In this document: positions 25,718 through 39,285 of the stretch, piece by piece
How positions within the stretch are numbered: position 1 is the first letter of the stretch
Layout of the letters: every line of letters begins with the position of its first letter
NCBI GenBank assembly: GCA_951406725.2
Contig: OX597826.1
Location: forward strand, 79,670,001-79,734,000
Direction of reading: 5' to 3'
Source: Octopus vulgaris
Taxonomy: Eukaryota
DNA length: 64,000 nt
The notes under the pieces: generated by a model
The model's database searches: none
What the model saw: only the letters and a program-made list of their open reading frames with translations
Told to the model about the DNA's origin: nothing
Program-made: the position numbers and the translations under genes

Positions 25718-26409
25718 ATATATAGACGTACGATGGATTTTCTTGACGTACTCGCGTACCTGGTTCAGATTTCTGTTCACCAAATTCCCTCATAGTATTC
25801 GTACGCTTAATTCCAGTATTGTTAAGAGAACAAAGAACCCCTGCACCAAACTACAGGTGTGATTCTTGCAGCGGTTCTTTGTAGTAAATTAAAGGTGTGA
25901 TTTATTTCTCTTAAACTAAAGTAGACGTCAAAATAAATCCACATGGGATTGGAAGGAAGTCCCTTTCACACACAGGCACAAAAACACACATACACACACA
26001 AACACACGCACAAACACACACACTAACTCACGTACCCATGCACTCACACTCCTTACATTAGAGTTCTCCTCATACCGAAAGTCATAAGGGAGAAAAACGA
26101 ATCTCCCCACCCTTTCGGAAAACATTTTCCCCACAAATTTCATTTCTTTATAATCGTAATCTATGCTGTTTGAAAGGTGCTTCTGTAAAATTTCATTAAA
26201 TTTCCTGAAAGTAGTGAGGGAAAAAACACGGATCGTGCGAATTTTCCGAAATCCTCTCTCCACCCCTTCGGAAAACATCTTCTCCCAAAATTTCTTTATA
26301 ATCGTGATTTGTGCCATTTGAACTGTATTTCTATAAAATTCCAGTAATATATATCCATATATGCATTCACACACCTTACATTAAAGTTCTCTCATGCCTA
26401 ATATTCTAG

Positions 26410-26567
26410 ATTAATGGATTTTCAACCTTCTTAAAATCCAGGCCACATCCAAAACCTGGACATTTTAGGGGGCTACACCAAAAAGTAGGACGCAGATCAG
26501 TTAGGCCGTCGGAAGGATGCTTGAGCGCCACATGCGGACTTGGGGCCCTCGGTTAGAAACCGCAGCT
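26410..26567. mobile_element. Degenerate hAT-like MITE
   Basis: Ends aatggattttcaacc and ggttagaaaccgcag, ctaga flanks, internal ggccacat motifs. Confidence 0.4.
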
Positions 26568-26784
26568 CTAGAGCTTGCTGCCTTTTATTTAGTTAAACCC
26601 AATAATGTTTTATTAGGGCGTCTGACTGTTATGAAGAGGATAACAGACGGGAAGTTTGTATTCAAAGAGAGTGAGAAAAATTTCTGTCAGTAGTGCGTCT
26701 CGCTTGATGATGAGTCAAATCGCATGCGGCCCGCTTTCCGGAAGAGGTCGCTCATGCCTGCTTCGGAATAGAAGGAATTAATTG

Positions 26785-26990
26785 AAGGCGGTGAGATGGC
26801 AGAATCGTTAGCACACCGGGCGAAATGCTTAGTGCTATTTCGTCTGTCTTTACGTTCTGAGTTCAAATCCGCCGAGGTCCAATTTGTCTTTCATACTTTC
26901 CAGGTCGATAAATTAAGTACCAGCTGCGTACTGGGTTCGATCTAATCGACCCCCCCCAATTTCGGGCCTTGTGCCTAGAGTAGAGAAGGA
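26785..26990 (+). mobile_element. SINE family C monomer, short tail type
   Basis: Full head; tail cccccaatttcgggccttgtgcctagagtaga; direct repeat ggaatagaaggaa at 26765-26777 and 26988-27000. Confidence 0.88.
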
Positions 26991-27411
26991 ATAGAAGGAA
27001 CCAAACAAGGGGCTCGTTCTTCATGTAATTATGTCTTATAGATCACGTTCTATTTCTTTTAGACATTTTATACACGCACGCACACACACACGCACGCGCA
27101 CACACACATACACACACACACGCACACACGCACACACGCACACACACACATATACAGAGGAAAGCCAGAGTGCCAATAGAGTGTTTATTTTTGTTATGGT
27201 GGGTAGAATGCCACAATTACAGTAAATTAACATCGTTATTCCTATTGTTGTTGGACTTCAGAACAAATCACTTGAGATCAAAAGATCTCGAAATGAAAAG
27301 GACGCTTCTAGAACAAGCTTTACAATAATCCCATCGCCGCCGCCGCCTCTCTCTCTGTCTCTTCTACTACAAAAGCGACGATGGCGACGACGATCACGTT
27401 GACCACTGCTT

Positions 27412-27413
<2 letters not shown>

Positions 27414-27475
<62 letters not shown>

Positions 27476-27547
27476 AATCACCACCAAGTATTATTATTAT
27501 TACTTGAACTATGTAGATACCACAATCGGTAACAACTTTATCGTTAC

Positions 27548-27613
<66 letters not shown>

Positions 27614-27720
27614 CATCGTCGTCGTTATCATCTTCGCCCTCGTCATCGTCATCATTATAGTTCATCTCTTCTTCCTCCACATCATCACCGTCAGCATCAC
27701 CATGACCATCACCACCGCCA
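27414..27720. repeat. Compound trinucleotide repeats (CTA)n, (TTA)n, (CAT)n
   Basis: Direct reading; source of poly-T/S/D/I ORFs. Confidence 0.95.
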
Positions 27721-28077
27721 CTTCAAAATGCTGAGATCAGCTTTGCCCTTCATCCATTCGGGGCCGATAAAATAAGTATCAGTAAGTACTGGGTAGATGT
27801 TATCGACCAACTCCTTCCTGCACCAAATTCCAGGTCGGGTACTTATGGGAGAAAAACGATTATTGCTGAACCACGTGACCGTTAGGAGTAAAAACGCCTT
27901 TCTCTGAAACCGAAACAGATAAGGAACTCAATAAAAAGGTTTCCACGTAAATTTGTTCCTTGTTTTCACACCTGTCTTTTTTTTTAGATTTAATTTTATA
28001 GAAAAGCAGAATAACCCGAGAATGGTGTCGTGCAAGAAACTCGAAATTGCGCATTGTGGATGCATTCGTTTTGTTAC

Positions 28078-28079
28078 AA

Positions 28080-28137
<58 letters not shown>

Positions 28138-28287
28138 ACGCACACACGCACACATACACGCACACACACACACACACACTCACGCACACACACACACACA
28201 CGCACACGCACACACAAACACACACACGTACACACACACACGCACACGCACATACGCGCACACACACACAAACACACCCACGCACAC

Positions 28288-28338
<51 letters not shown>
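28078..28338. repeat. Imperfect (CA)n array
   Basis: About 260 bp. Confidence 0.95.
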
Positions 28339-28340
<2 letters not shown>

Positions 28341-28859
28341 GGCCCACATGCTCATAAAACTGGAATGTACAAAATTTAATGCAAGCGTTTAGTTTTCAGA
28401 AGATTAATGATTGCACACGTAAATAAACCCGCAGCGCCCGGTGTCTCTTTTAATATGCGCTTGTATGTGTATATATAAGTGTGTATGTGTGTGTCTGTGT
28501 GTGCGTGAATATATATGTATGTATGATTGTATTGTATGCGTACAAAGTGTAAATCACGAAGGACTCAGCGCATGTATGTTTACAAACGTTTATGTTGTAT
28601 CATCATTAATTATTTTCTTTGATATTCATTTTACAACCAGATCGCGTTTCGCTGTGTGTTCAAGTTTATGAATAAATTACATTGTCTATGTTTTCAGTCA
28701 CGACAACTTTCGCGGGTTACGGTTACGAGATAAAAAGTATCGCATCTCGTTCATCCGCTGGATTATATCGGTTCAATACATGCTTTTTAACAATTCAGTG
28801 TTTAGATTTGATAACCACATCATCATATTCATTACTGGAGAGGACATCCATGCGTCGAT

Positions 28860-29246
28860 GGATGGAAGCACTCCGTCGGTTACGACGACGAGGGTTCCCG
28901 TTGATCCGAATCAACGGAACAGCCTGCTCGCGAAATTAACATGTAAGTGGCTGAGCATTCCACAGACACGCGTACCCTTAACGTAGTTCTCGGGGATATT
29001 CAGCGTGACACAGAGAGTGACAAGGCCGGCCCTTTGAAATACAGGTACAACAGAAACAGGAAGTAAGAGTGAGAGAAAGTTGTGGTGAAAGAGTACAGCA
29101 GGGATCACCACCATCCCCTGCCGGAGCCTCATGGAGCTTTAGGTGTTTTCGCTCAATAAACACTCACAACGCCCGGTCTGGGAATCGAAACCGCGATCCT
29201 ACGACTGCGAGTCCGCTGCCCTAACCACTGGGCCATTGCGCCTCCA
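28860..29246 (-). mobile_element. SINE family B, full length
   Basis: Perfect 11 bp TSD catgcgtcgat at 28849-28859 and 29247-29257; near-identical to 4820-5206. Confidence 0.93.
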
Positions 29247-29283
29247 CATGCGTCGATACAAAGAAGCACTAAACTGACTTTTG

Positions 29284-29335
<52 letters not shown>

Positions 29336-29521
29336 TGTATCCATATGTAAAACTTAATTGTGTTTATCTGCATCAGCACACCTGGATTTCTCTTACAGCC
29401 ATCCGCTCCTGACGCCGTGTACCAAGTCTTGGATGAAGAATCAAGAGTTCAAATCCATTTGGGTACTACTACGTGTTTTCTATACTGAGCATGTCTAGCT
29501 CTCACCTATTGTCTGTTTGCT

Positions 29522-29558
<37 letters not shown>

Positions 29559-29655
29559 GGGAAACCACTATGTGGGAACCATTATGCTAGAAATAGATCC
29601 GATATGGTCTTACCATTAAGAAATGTTCTCAAGAACATATATATATATATATATA

Positions 29656-29886
29656 CAATAAACCCTCGACTATTGCAGGTGTTACGTTCCAACCCCCAAC
29701 TCCCACCCCGTTAGGTGAAAATCCGCCAAGTAGAAATAGTACTGTACTGTATATTTTTTTGTTATTATTTTTATAATTTGTATATAATCATTTTATTATA
29801 AATGCAAAATAACACCACAGAGGGATCGACGCAAGCTTAAATAATAAACCGCAATAGGTGAACCGCGATATAGCGAGGGATTACTG
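29656..29886. mobile_element. Tigger/pogo-type MITE
   Basis: TA flanks; TIRs caataaaccctcgactattgc / gcgatatagcgagggattactg; same family as 60779-61267. Confidence 0.8.
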
Positions 29887-29897
29887 TATGTGTGTGT

Positions 29898-29944
<47 letters not shown>

Positions 29945-30371
29945 GTGTGTGTGTATGTGTGTGTGTGTGTAGTTGAAAAGGGGTTAAGAATCCATACAAA
30001 TGAAAAAAATATGGTTAAAAGTAGTAAATAAAGTTGAAAAAGGCACAAAAGTATATTTTAGTGAGTGATTTAAAACAACCAGTTTCAATGTGTTCATCTT
30101 ACCAAATATGGCCCTCATTTTAATATTTGATAAGATACATTAAAACCTGCTTTGTTTTAAACCACTCACAGTAACAAAGATATTAGACATTCTCTAAAAT
30201 ATACCTCTGTGACTTTTCCAATTTTATTTTATTAACGATATTTTTATTGTTTTATTTCTAATCCTGAGCGCCATACTAATACATTGTTTGTTTGTACTCC
30301 ACCTGCCTTCATCTTTTGTTTATTTTCGTAAACCTGCCTTCGTCTTTTGTTTATTTTCATAAACCTTCCCG

Positions 30372-30433
<62 letters not shown>

Positions 30434-30477
30434 GAGAGGTTTTGGTATCCAGAAGACCCAAAATCCCAAATGGCACT

Positions 30478-30623
30478 CTTTCCGTTTCCATGCACCAAAT
30501 CCGCTCACAAGGCTCTGGTTGTCCCGAAACTATAGTAGAAGACTTTGCCCAAGTTGCCACGTAGAGGGACTGAACCAAGAACAATATGGTTTGGAAGCAA
30601 AATTCTTACCACACAGCCATGCC
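30478..30623 (-). mobile_element. SINE family A, 5' part
   Basis: ttcttaccacacagccatgcc head in reverse. Confidence 0.75.
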
Positions 30624-31027
30624 TATATATTTCTATGATGCTGATATTTCTTTCCGAACCAATGGAACTGGATGGAAGCATGTCCTAGCGACTGAAAATT
30701 CTTCTTCTATCGCTTAATCTCACTACAGATGTAATGGATGAATCCTGGCAGAAGCAACATATTTTGAGAAGCGGGCCACATGAGACATGGCTCATCATCA
30801 AGCGTACCGTGCTACTAAAATGATACATGGTAATGTTTCGTTGCTTACCATTCATGAAATCTCGTGGGCCGCAGCCTGCCCGCGAATGGTCTAAGTTTTG
30901 AAAGCTGAAGGAAAGTTAACGAAGCAAGCAGCTTTTAAGTGTTCCAGTACCAAACAGATCATGTTACCACTTTGGAAGCTGGATGGCTAAGATATGCAGA
31001 AGAGGAAGATAGATAGATAGATAGCTT

Positions 31028-31080
<53 letters not shown>

Positions 31081-31659
31081 AGAGATTGAGAGAGGGTGAA
31101 GTGGGCTATCAGTTAGTTTAATTATCTCGGGAAAGGATAATGTTTGGAAATAAAAGCAGGAGCTGCGAGGAATGATAAACGTCTTCTGAGATTAATAAAC
31201 CCGAAACGTCATTCATTTTATCGAGCCATTCCGTTTAACGAACGCACCGAAGAAACATCATATCAGTTAAAGTTCGTGTTTATTATCTCCTCTGAGTTAT
31301 GAAACCGAAATTTCAAATCAAGCAGTTAATTAAATTACTCGGCTTTGACAGAATGTAATTAGGTGATCTGTAATTATTCCAATAGTGTGATTAGCCTACC
31401 TCTGGTTTCCATCAACTTTGGCTATAAACACCTGCGTATACCTGTAAATATTGGAAAAGTGTGTAATCTTTTCGGTAAGGCAGATTAAGTCGCAGAAACA
31501 ATTCTTGTTGTTGCGTCATTTGTCAGAGGCGAAAGTTGCTGTTTCTTTTACAGTGACAGAAAACTTTCCACGTGATGGGGGATGGGCCCGGAATAATGAT
31601 TCGTGTAAGGACACATATACGCACACGGCCAAGCTCACACATATGCATATATGTATATG

Positions 31660-31736
<77 letters not shown>

Positions 31737-31959
31737 TGCTATTGTGTAGTGTTTTAATAAAGTATATGATTCGGTATTATCTGATAGTTGATGATTGATT
31801 TAGATATATTTCTCCATTTTCTCATTTTGTATATATATATATATCTACTTTCTCCTTTTCTTTCTCTCGCCCTTTCTCGGATGAAGACAAATATCCGTCA
31901 AATGTAAATAATGTAAATAAATCGGGTATTTTCATAAAGATTGCTACTTATACTATCGT

Positions 31960-32297
31960 TCTTGTTTGTCGCACCGCTAGGTTACAGGGAAGTAAGCAAA
32001 CAAACACCGGTTGTCAATTAGTGGTGGAGGAGAAACAAAAACACAAAGACAAACGCCACGCATACACACCCACATACACACACACAAGTTATTATACACA
32101 CACACACACAAGCGCACCTACTCATATACTTACGCACACATACTCATTCACATATATATATACCGGGCTTCTTTCAGTTTCCGTCTACCAAATCCAGTAA
32201 CCAGACCTGCGATTATAGTAGAAAGCACGCAGTGGGACTGAAACCGAAACGCTGTGGTTGGGAAGCAAATTTTCCTCTCAGAGCCAGACATGCGCCG
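31960..32297 (-). mobile_element. SINE family A, diverged copy
   Basis: gggcttctttcagtttccgtctaccaaatcca and cgcagtgggactgaa. Confidence 0.7.
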
Positions 32298-32934
32298 CAG
32301 ACATTCTCACAAGAACACACGAGATATTATTTAAAATACTCGACCAATTGTTTTTCTTTTACACAATCTTTTCGTCACAGTTATGTAACAAATTCACCGA
32401 AGACGAAGGAATTTCCAATTAGAGATCAAAACAAAAGATGGGTGGGAAATAATTCTTTCCATTGATGTAACACAGAATAAGGAAACTGGATTCCAACATT
32501 CTTCCTGTGATTTATATTGGACAACTAATCATTACCTTTACTTGGAGAATAAACAAAAAATCCAAAAAATAAACCGATTCCACTGGAAAGCAAGGAAACG
32601 AAGCTGTCATGCGAATGACGCTTACATACTCTACAGAATTATGATAGCAATGAAAACGATATTGTTGATGATGATGATGACGATGATGATGGTGATGATG
32701 ATGATGGTTATGATGATAATGAGTGTGAGGATATCAGGGATGCTGAAGATAGTGATGATGATGATGATGATGATATATTTGACAATGAGACAAGACAGTA
32801 ATTTCTTTAAGTGGAGACAATTTTCTTCCTATTTTTCCAATTGCTACAAGTTCTGCATATTCTATCTCTCTACTTCTGCTCCTCTCTCATTGTGTCACAC
32901 AAACACACAAATATACACATAGGTGTATATGACA

Positions 32935-33009
<75 letters not shown>

Positions 33010-33156
33010 TTGCATTTTTTTGCCATTTCGTTTACTGTTACTTTGTCCCTATATTCTCCATTATATGAAGTTACCTGGCAGTCACGAAAGATTTTTGTTT
33101 TACGATGCAATTAGCTTAGCAAAAAATAGGCTAAAATATCGCTAACGAGAAAGGGT

Positions 33157-34404
33157 AACAAGGACAAGTCGGTCGGTTTGCAACTCGGCACCTGAAGGGG
33201 CAAGCCGATGGCGTCCAATAACGTCGTGGGGCGTTGGACGGAAGGTCCTGTTATGCTGCTCGGAATCTGGATTGGTCGAGACCTCCAGATAGAGAAAAAT
33301 TGGTGTGAGGTGGCCAGCAAGGTGACTGCTCTAGCCTAGGTCTGGTTTGGGCGGGCGTTATCCTTACTAGGGAGGGCAGAGATGATGCAGCTGTTTATAG
33401 CATCAGTAATCACCTACCAGTTGACCGTGGTGCCTTGCCCCGATTTGTAGCTGAAGTTGGAGAGAATCCTTTTCTGCTTCTCGTGGAAGGGAGGGAAGCC
33501 ACTTGAAGAGCGCTCTGTCTGCTGCCAGAAACCGCTAAAGGATGGGCTAGGGATGCCTTGGCTGAAGATGCGAAAATTCGCGTTAAGGTTGAAGCACCTC
33601 TGGCTTTACTTGAATGGAGAACTGGTGTGGTAACCGCACGTTTGGTTCTACCTTCCCCAGTTAACGTCCTTAGTGGACATTGGTGCGTGATCGAGCGGAG
33701 ACCTAAGCTGGGAGACTGGCATTTGGAGTGCCGTCAGGCGACCCAGCTACTCTCTCGGGCGGGCAATGCCGGCAGCAGAAGTTTCATCGCGGATTTCTCT
33801 AGCGGGTTAGTGGAATCTATGTCAGAAGACGCCTTGGGGTGATCCTTGGCTACGATGAAAATCAGTTGGTCAACCTGTTCAGGAGAACGTTCGGGCCGGG
33901 GTATCTGGATAATTACCAGAAATCCCTGGCTTGGCAGTACTTCCGTGCGGCGTTACCTGTTCGTGACAAGCTGATAAAGCATGTAAGTGCCGTCTTGCCG
34001 ACATGCCCGAGATGTGGGCAAGATAGGGACACCGTCTTGCACGTGGAGTGTCCGGAGTTATCGGGACTGATAGCTTTTGTCGAACAACTGTTGTCAATGA
34101 TGGGAAGAGTACAGCTATCAGCTGAGGCTACCATCGAGATCGTGCCACCTCCTTTCCTTAACAGGGAAAGGAAGGCTTGTTTTCTTGGCGTAGTAGCCAT
34201 AGTGAAAGAAACAGTATGGAAGACGCATGTGAAAGGTATAATGACAGGTATAATGACATTGTCTCTGACGAGGGGTTGGTTAACTTTTTTAGTTACCACC
34301 TCGGTAGTGAGATCAGGGTGGAGAAGAAGTGTCTGTCACGAGATATGTTTATAAAAAGATGGAAGCCTGTGGTGAGCAAGCTGGGTGCGATTGGCACCAG
34401 GTAA
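33157..34404 (+). pseudogene. L1/Tx1-type LINE ORF2, 5'-truncated and disrupted
   Basis: Translates NKDKSVGLQLG...LLGIWIG...EKNW...LSLLGRA...FSWKG...DGLGMP (RT C-terminal region), then LPVRDKL...CPRCGQDRDTVLHVECP (CCHC zinc finger) and FIKRW terminus; several stops and frameshifts. Confidence 0.88.
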
Positions 34405-34431
34405 ATGAGGTCGGGTTAAAAAGTAAAGGTT

Positions 34432-34656
34432 ATCAATCGGATAAAAAAATTGAATTGATGAAATATGCGATAAATGTCTTCGATTTTGAATAAGTCATTG
34501 CGTTCCGCAATGAGGAGCGTTGAAAGAAAGGCATCCGGCTACCTGGGTAGCCAGGTGGCCGAATGCCTTTCTTTCAACACTCTTCATTGTGGAACGCAAT
34601 GACTTATTCAAAATCTTTTTATCGCATATTTCATCAATTTTTTTTATCCGATTGAT
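34432..34656. repeat. Long palindrome, arms about 110 bp, 4 nt loop
   Basis: atcaatcggataaaaaaa...ggctacctgg-gtag-ccaggtggcc...tttttttatccgattgat. Confidence 0.95.
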
Positions 34657-34754
34657 TTGACATTTTTAAACGTAAAAGCTTCTTCACCCTTTATGTTTGT
34701 CTGTCCTTGTCTGTCCCCTCTCTGTAATGCCTGTATAGCAAATCTATATCAAAT

Positions 34755-35069
34755 AAAGAACCTTGTTTCCCAACCACAAGATTTCGGGTTCAGTCCCACT
34801 GCGTGGCACCTTGGGTGAGTGTCTTCTATTATAGCCACGAACCGACCAAAGTCTTTTGAATGGATTTGGCAGACGGATACTGAAAGAAGCCCGTCGTATA
34901 TGTGTGTATGTGTGTGTGAGTGTTTGTCCCCCCTCATCACTTGACAACCGGCTCGGCAAAAGATACCGTTAGAACAAGTGCTAGGCTTACAAAGAATAAT
35001 TCCTGGAGTCGATTTGCTCGACTAAACGAAGTGCTCTAGCATGGCCGCAGTCAAATGACTGAAACAAGT
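34755..35069 (+). mobile_element. SINE family A lacking its A-box
   Basis: Begins at cttgtttcccaaccac directly after the LINE tail. Confidence 0.85.
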
Positions 35070-35094
35070 ATGTATACGTGTATGTATACGTATA

Positions 35095-35135
<41 letters not shown>

Positions 35136-35136
35136 G

Positions 35137-35174
<38 letters not shown>

Positions 35175-36041
35175 GCACACATATATGTGTGTGTGTGCAT
35201 CAAGTCGTTTTGTGTAAATGTTTTTTCGCTGAGCTGATGAGTTTGCTGTTTCTGTATTTGTTACGCAATGGCGGATATATGTGTCAGAAGTGCAGTGGTT
35301 TCTAGAGCAGCCGTCATGTGGGGATTGGGTGATATATTTAGTTTTCTATTTTAGGTGATTTCTACCCGTAAGAATTGGTACAACCGGGCTGCCCACTCAA
35401 ATATCACATCAGCATCCATTTGTTATCTGCTTTCACATTATTTTTTTTTCTTTCATTACCGTCATCACTATCTTTCCTTCTACTCATTCGACTACCTCAA
35501 GGCCTTTTTCAAGTCGTATTCTATGCAAATCATTCTCTCTCTCTCTCTCTCTCTGTTCATCTCCACTCCACACACACTCTCCACAGCTGTCACTGCAACT
35601 CCCCCGTGTAAAGCAGCACACGTGACTGCGCAGGCATTTTGAACAAGAATAAATACAAAACAAAATAGAAAAAGAAAAACATGAAATTTGAAAGGAATAT
35701 AGCATATAGTTATATATATATATATATATGCACACAGACACACGCACATACACACACAGACACACACATACACACACACACACGCACACACACATGCACA
35801 CACACACACACACACCACACACTCAGAGTTGTATACATACTGAAGCATTGGAATAGCGCAAAATATGCGAGCACTTAGACAATTATTCAAAAATCTCATA
35901 CATATTTATATAAATATACATACATACGGATGCGGATATATATATATATGTGTGTGCGTGTGTGTATATATATATATATGTGTGTGTTATGTATAAAAAT
36001 AATATTATTATGTGTGTGCGTGTATGTATAATATATACATA

Positions 36042-36078
<37 letters not shown>

Positions 36079-36101
36079 ATGTATTATATATATATATATA
36101 T

Positions 36102-36136
<35 letters not shown>

Positions 36137-36191
36137 ATTATATATATATATAATATATATATAAATATACATATATATATATATATTTCAA

Positions 36192-36700
36192 AGAGGCCGT
36201 ATTGTGGATCATTTTGAAGGTGGGGATAGTCAGCGCAAAATCGCAGCAAACCTTGGGATCCCGTTTCCTACAGTTAATAGAGGGATTCTGTAATTCACCA
36301 AAGAGGGGAAGGAGTCCACATTACTTCGCCCAGATCAGCCAAGGCTCTCTGACAGAACCCTTCTCTTTGTTAAGAGAAATGTGGCGGCCTCTGACATAGC
36401 AGAACAAGTTGATATCAGTCCCAGAACAGCTGTCGAGTGTCACCATATACTTTGTTACTATGGCAGAGCAGCAAGAAGGAAGCCACATATTCGACCAACC
36501 AATATCAAGCAGAGAAAAGACTGGGCCAGTGAGATGGTAGAGAGGCTACTAGCATTTGGGGACACTGTCATATTCTATGATTAGTCCATATTTGCTGTAT
36601 TTCCTGACAGTGTTCGAGTGTGGGTCTTGGAGACTCTGTGATCAAGAATTTGATGCGAACAGATTGCAGCTAATAATGAAAGCTATTCTGTGATGACCTG
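36192..36700 (+). pseudogene. Tc1-like transposase remnant
   Basis: One frame reads [24 protein letters not shown] (HTH)...GRAARRKPHI...RKDWA...DTVIFYD*SIF (W..VIFSDES.F motif); internal stops. Confidence 0.85.
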
Positions 36701-36917
36701 AAATTTAGAGCAATGGTTGATCAGAGCTGGTGGTGTGTGAGCTGGTGGAGTATTCCATACAATAAGGTTATCCTGAAATAGGAGTCGCGGTTCTATTGGT
36801 AAAATCCCAAATTCGTAATAATATTATAAATAATACTGTTTACATTGCATTCATAAAGTGTAAAATAGTGAGTGTCCTGATAAACTGAAATACGTATTCC
36901 CTAAAATTTTGAAAATA

Positions 36918-36954
<37 letters not shown>

Positions 36955-36966
<12 letters not shown>

Positions 36967-37331
36967 GGCAGTTTGTCTGTGCGTGTTTCTGTGTGTCTGT
37001 TTTCTTGTACCCTCACTCTGGCCACGGCTTTCAACCGATTCTGATGAAACTAAACACACACATAGCCCAATGTCATAATTCAAAACTAACGCAGCGAAAA
37101 TTTTGAAAAGTTCCCCCAGTTCTGAAAAAAATCGATAAATTCGACATGGGGTCGAGAATAAAAAAACAAACCACAGACTGTCTAGGGGACGCAACTCAAC
37201 CTTTTTTTACTCTCAAAAAAAATTTACCATCATTTTTTTCCATTTTTTTGCTATTTTTGGCTATAACTCTCTAAAAATGCTTTATAGTTATTTCCCTTAC
37301 AAACCTGAGCAACGCCGGGCGATACTGCTAG
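36955..37331 (+). mobile_element. Non-autonomous Helitron
   Basis: 3' end cctgagcaacgccgggcgatactgCTAG followed by t (subterminal hairpin-like segment plus CTAG); 5' tatataaacggcagtttgtctgt...ttcaaccgattctgatgaaact. Confidence 0.78.
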
Positions 37332-37348
37332 TATATATATATATATAT

Positions 37349-37759
37349 CTTTACTCTTTTACTCTTTTACTTGTTTCAGTCATTTGACTGCGGCCATGCT
37401 GGAGCACCGCCTTTAGTCGAGCAACTCGACCCCGGGACTTATTCTTTGTAAGTCTAGTACTTATTCTATCGGTCTCTTTTGCCGAACCGCCAAGTTACGG
37501 GGACATAAACACACCAGCATCGGTTGTCAAGCAATGCTAGGGGGACAAACACAGACACACAAACACACACGCACACACACACATGTATATATATATACAT
37601 ATATACGACGGGCTTCTTTCAGTTTCCGTCTACCAAATCCACTCACAAGGCTTTGGTCGGCCCGAGGCTATAGTAGAAGACACTTGCCCAAGGTGCCACG
37701 CAGTGGGACTGAACCCGGAACCATGTGGTTGGTAAGCAAACTACTTACCACACAGCCAC
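37349..37759 (-). mobile_element. SINE family A, near full length, young
   Basis: High identity to 12589-13011; tail (GTAAAAGA)n. Confidence 0.92.
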
Positions 37760-37776
37760 ATATATGTTTATTTATT

Positions 37777-37833
<57 letters not shown>

Positions 37834-37836
37834 GTA

Positions 37837-37872
<36 letters not shown>

Positions 37873-38289
37873 TACACACACACATAGCTAATGCTTCCAC
37901 TCACACTCACAAACAGTTTGATGCCGAAATAACTTCGGAAATTATACTCCAGTATAATGAACAACTTAACAGTTATATTTCACGCACACTCGTATCCCTA
38001 CCTTTGTGTATGAGTGCACGCGTGTGAAGGTGTATGAATATATATATATATATATATATAACTGGGGAGATGAAATTCGCTTAGTTGGCAGGTGCGTTTC
38101 TTTCGGATGAAAGTTGTGTAGATATGTTTTCTCTGTTGTAGCGTGTGATATTGGATGCAATGATATCTAGGCAAGAGTAGATGTCATTAATATTATGTTC
38201 CTTATAAGCCTATTTATGCATACTTGGTATATGTTGCCTCATTAGGAATAGGTAATTCTTGGCTACACAAGGAAGATCATAAGACAAAC

Positions 38290-38930
38290 TTGCCCAGAGG
38301 ATTTTCGAGTTATGTTAATTTCTTTAAAACCAATTCTTAGTACTTCATCATTATAATGGGGTGCGGCTCTATTCAAGATATCTCTATCTCGGAATAAATG
38401 AGAGATTTTTCTATTGATATGAGCAATTATGTTCCTAATTATAACTGGAAGGTTGTTAGAATTCCTATGAATATATCCAGTCTCCTCATTTGATATTCTG
38501 TAGTGATAGTGTTTGTATGTCTTACGGTGCAGGTTAATTTGGTCGTCCTGTGATGTAGACATGCATCAGAATTGCAGATTTATGTCAGACGTGTGATTAT
38601 ATTAGTTGTATTGGTAATATTTTCTTTCCGATTTTAAACCGTATGACTTAGAAATATGTATTAAATACTTCCCAAATTTATTCATACCAATGACTGATCG
38701 AGATATTGAAATTACCAGCTTACGCTGCGTGGATGGAGGCTGTGTGGTTTCGTATGACTTTCCAGGATGAATATTTCACTAAACTCCGTGATTTGCGCCC
38801 CATTAAAATATTTCCTGGTAACGTCGAATAAAAGATTATACCTTCATTTCTGATTCACTACGAGCCACGATGCTTCATGAGTAACGTTTTTTTTTCGATC
38901 CTAATAATTCCAATGACAAGATAACAGATT
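38290..38930 (-). pseudogene. Penelope-like reverse transcriptase remnant
   Basis: LFDVTRKYFNGAQITEF (38831-38781; compare FDVTMGSFDGAEICEL) and YIHRNSNNLPVIIRNI...INRKISHL...AAPHYN (compare YIHxxSNHPPxIIKNI...RRIS...AAPxYN). Confidence 0.75.
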
Positions 38931-39071
38931 TTAGAATATTGCCTCACGAAACTTCGGCTGCTTATCCTGTGACAAGTTAGTTGCAGTCCTACCAAGTAGC
39001 ACTCAGCATTCAGTTGTAGAAGCGTTTGCAGTCAGTCAACATCAGTTGGCTGATCTGATCTGCCCCCCCCC

Positions 39072-39142
<71 letters not shown>

Positions 39143-39241
39143 TATGTATGTATATTTATATATATATGTATATATATATATATTTATATATATACACATG
39201 TGTGTATATATATATAAGTATTGATACAGTTATATAGTCTA

Positions 39242-39285
<44 letters not shown>

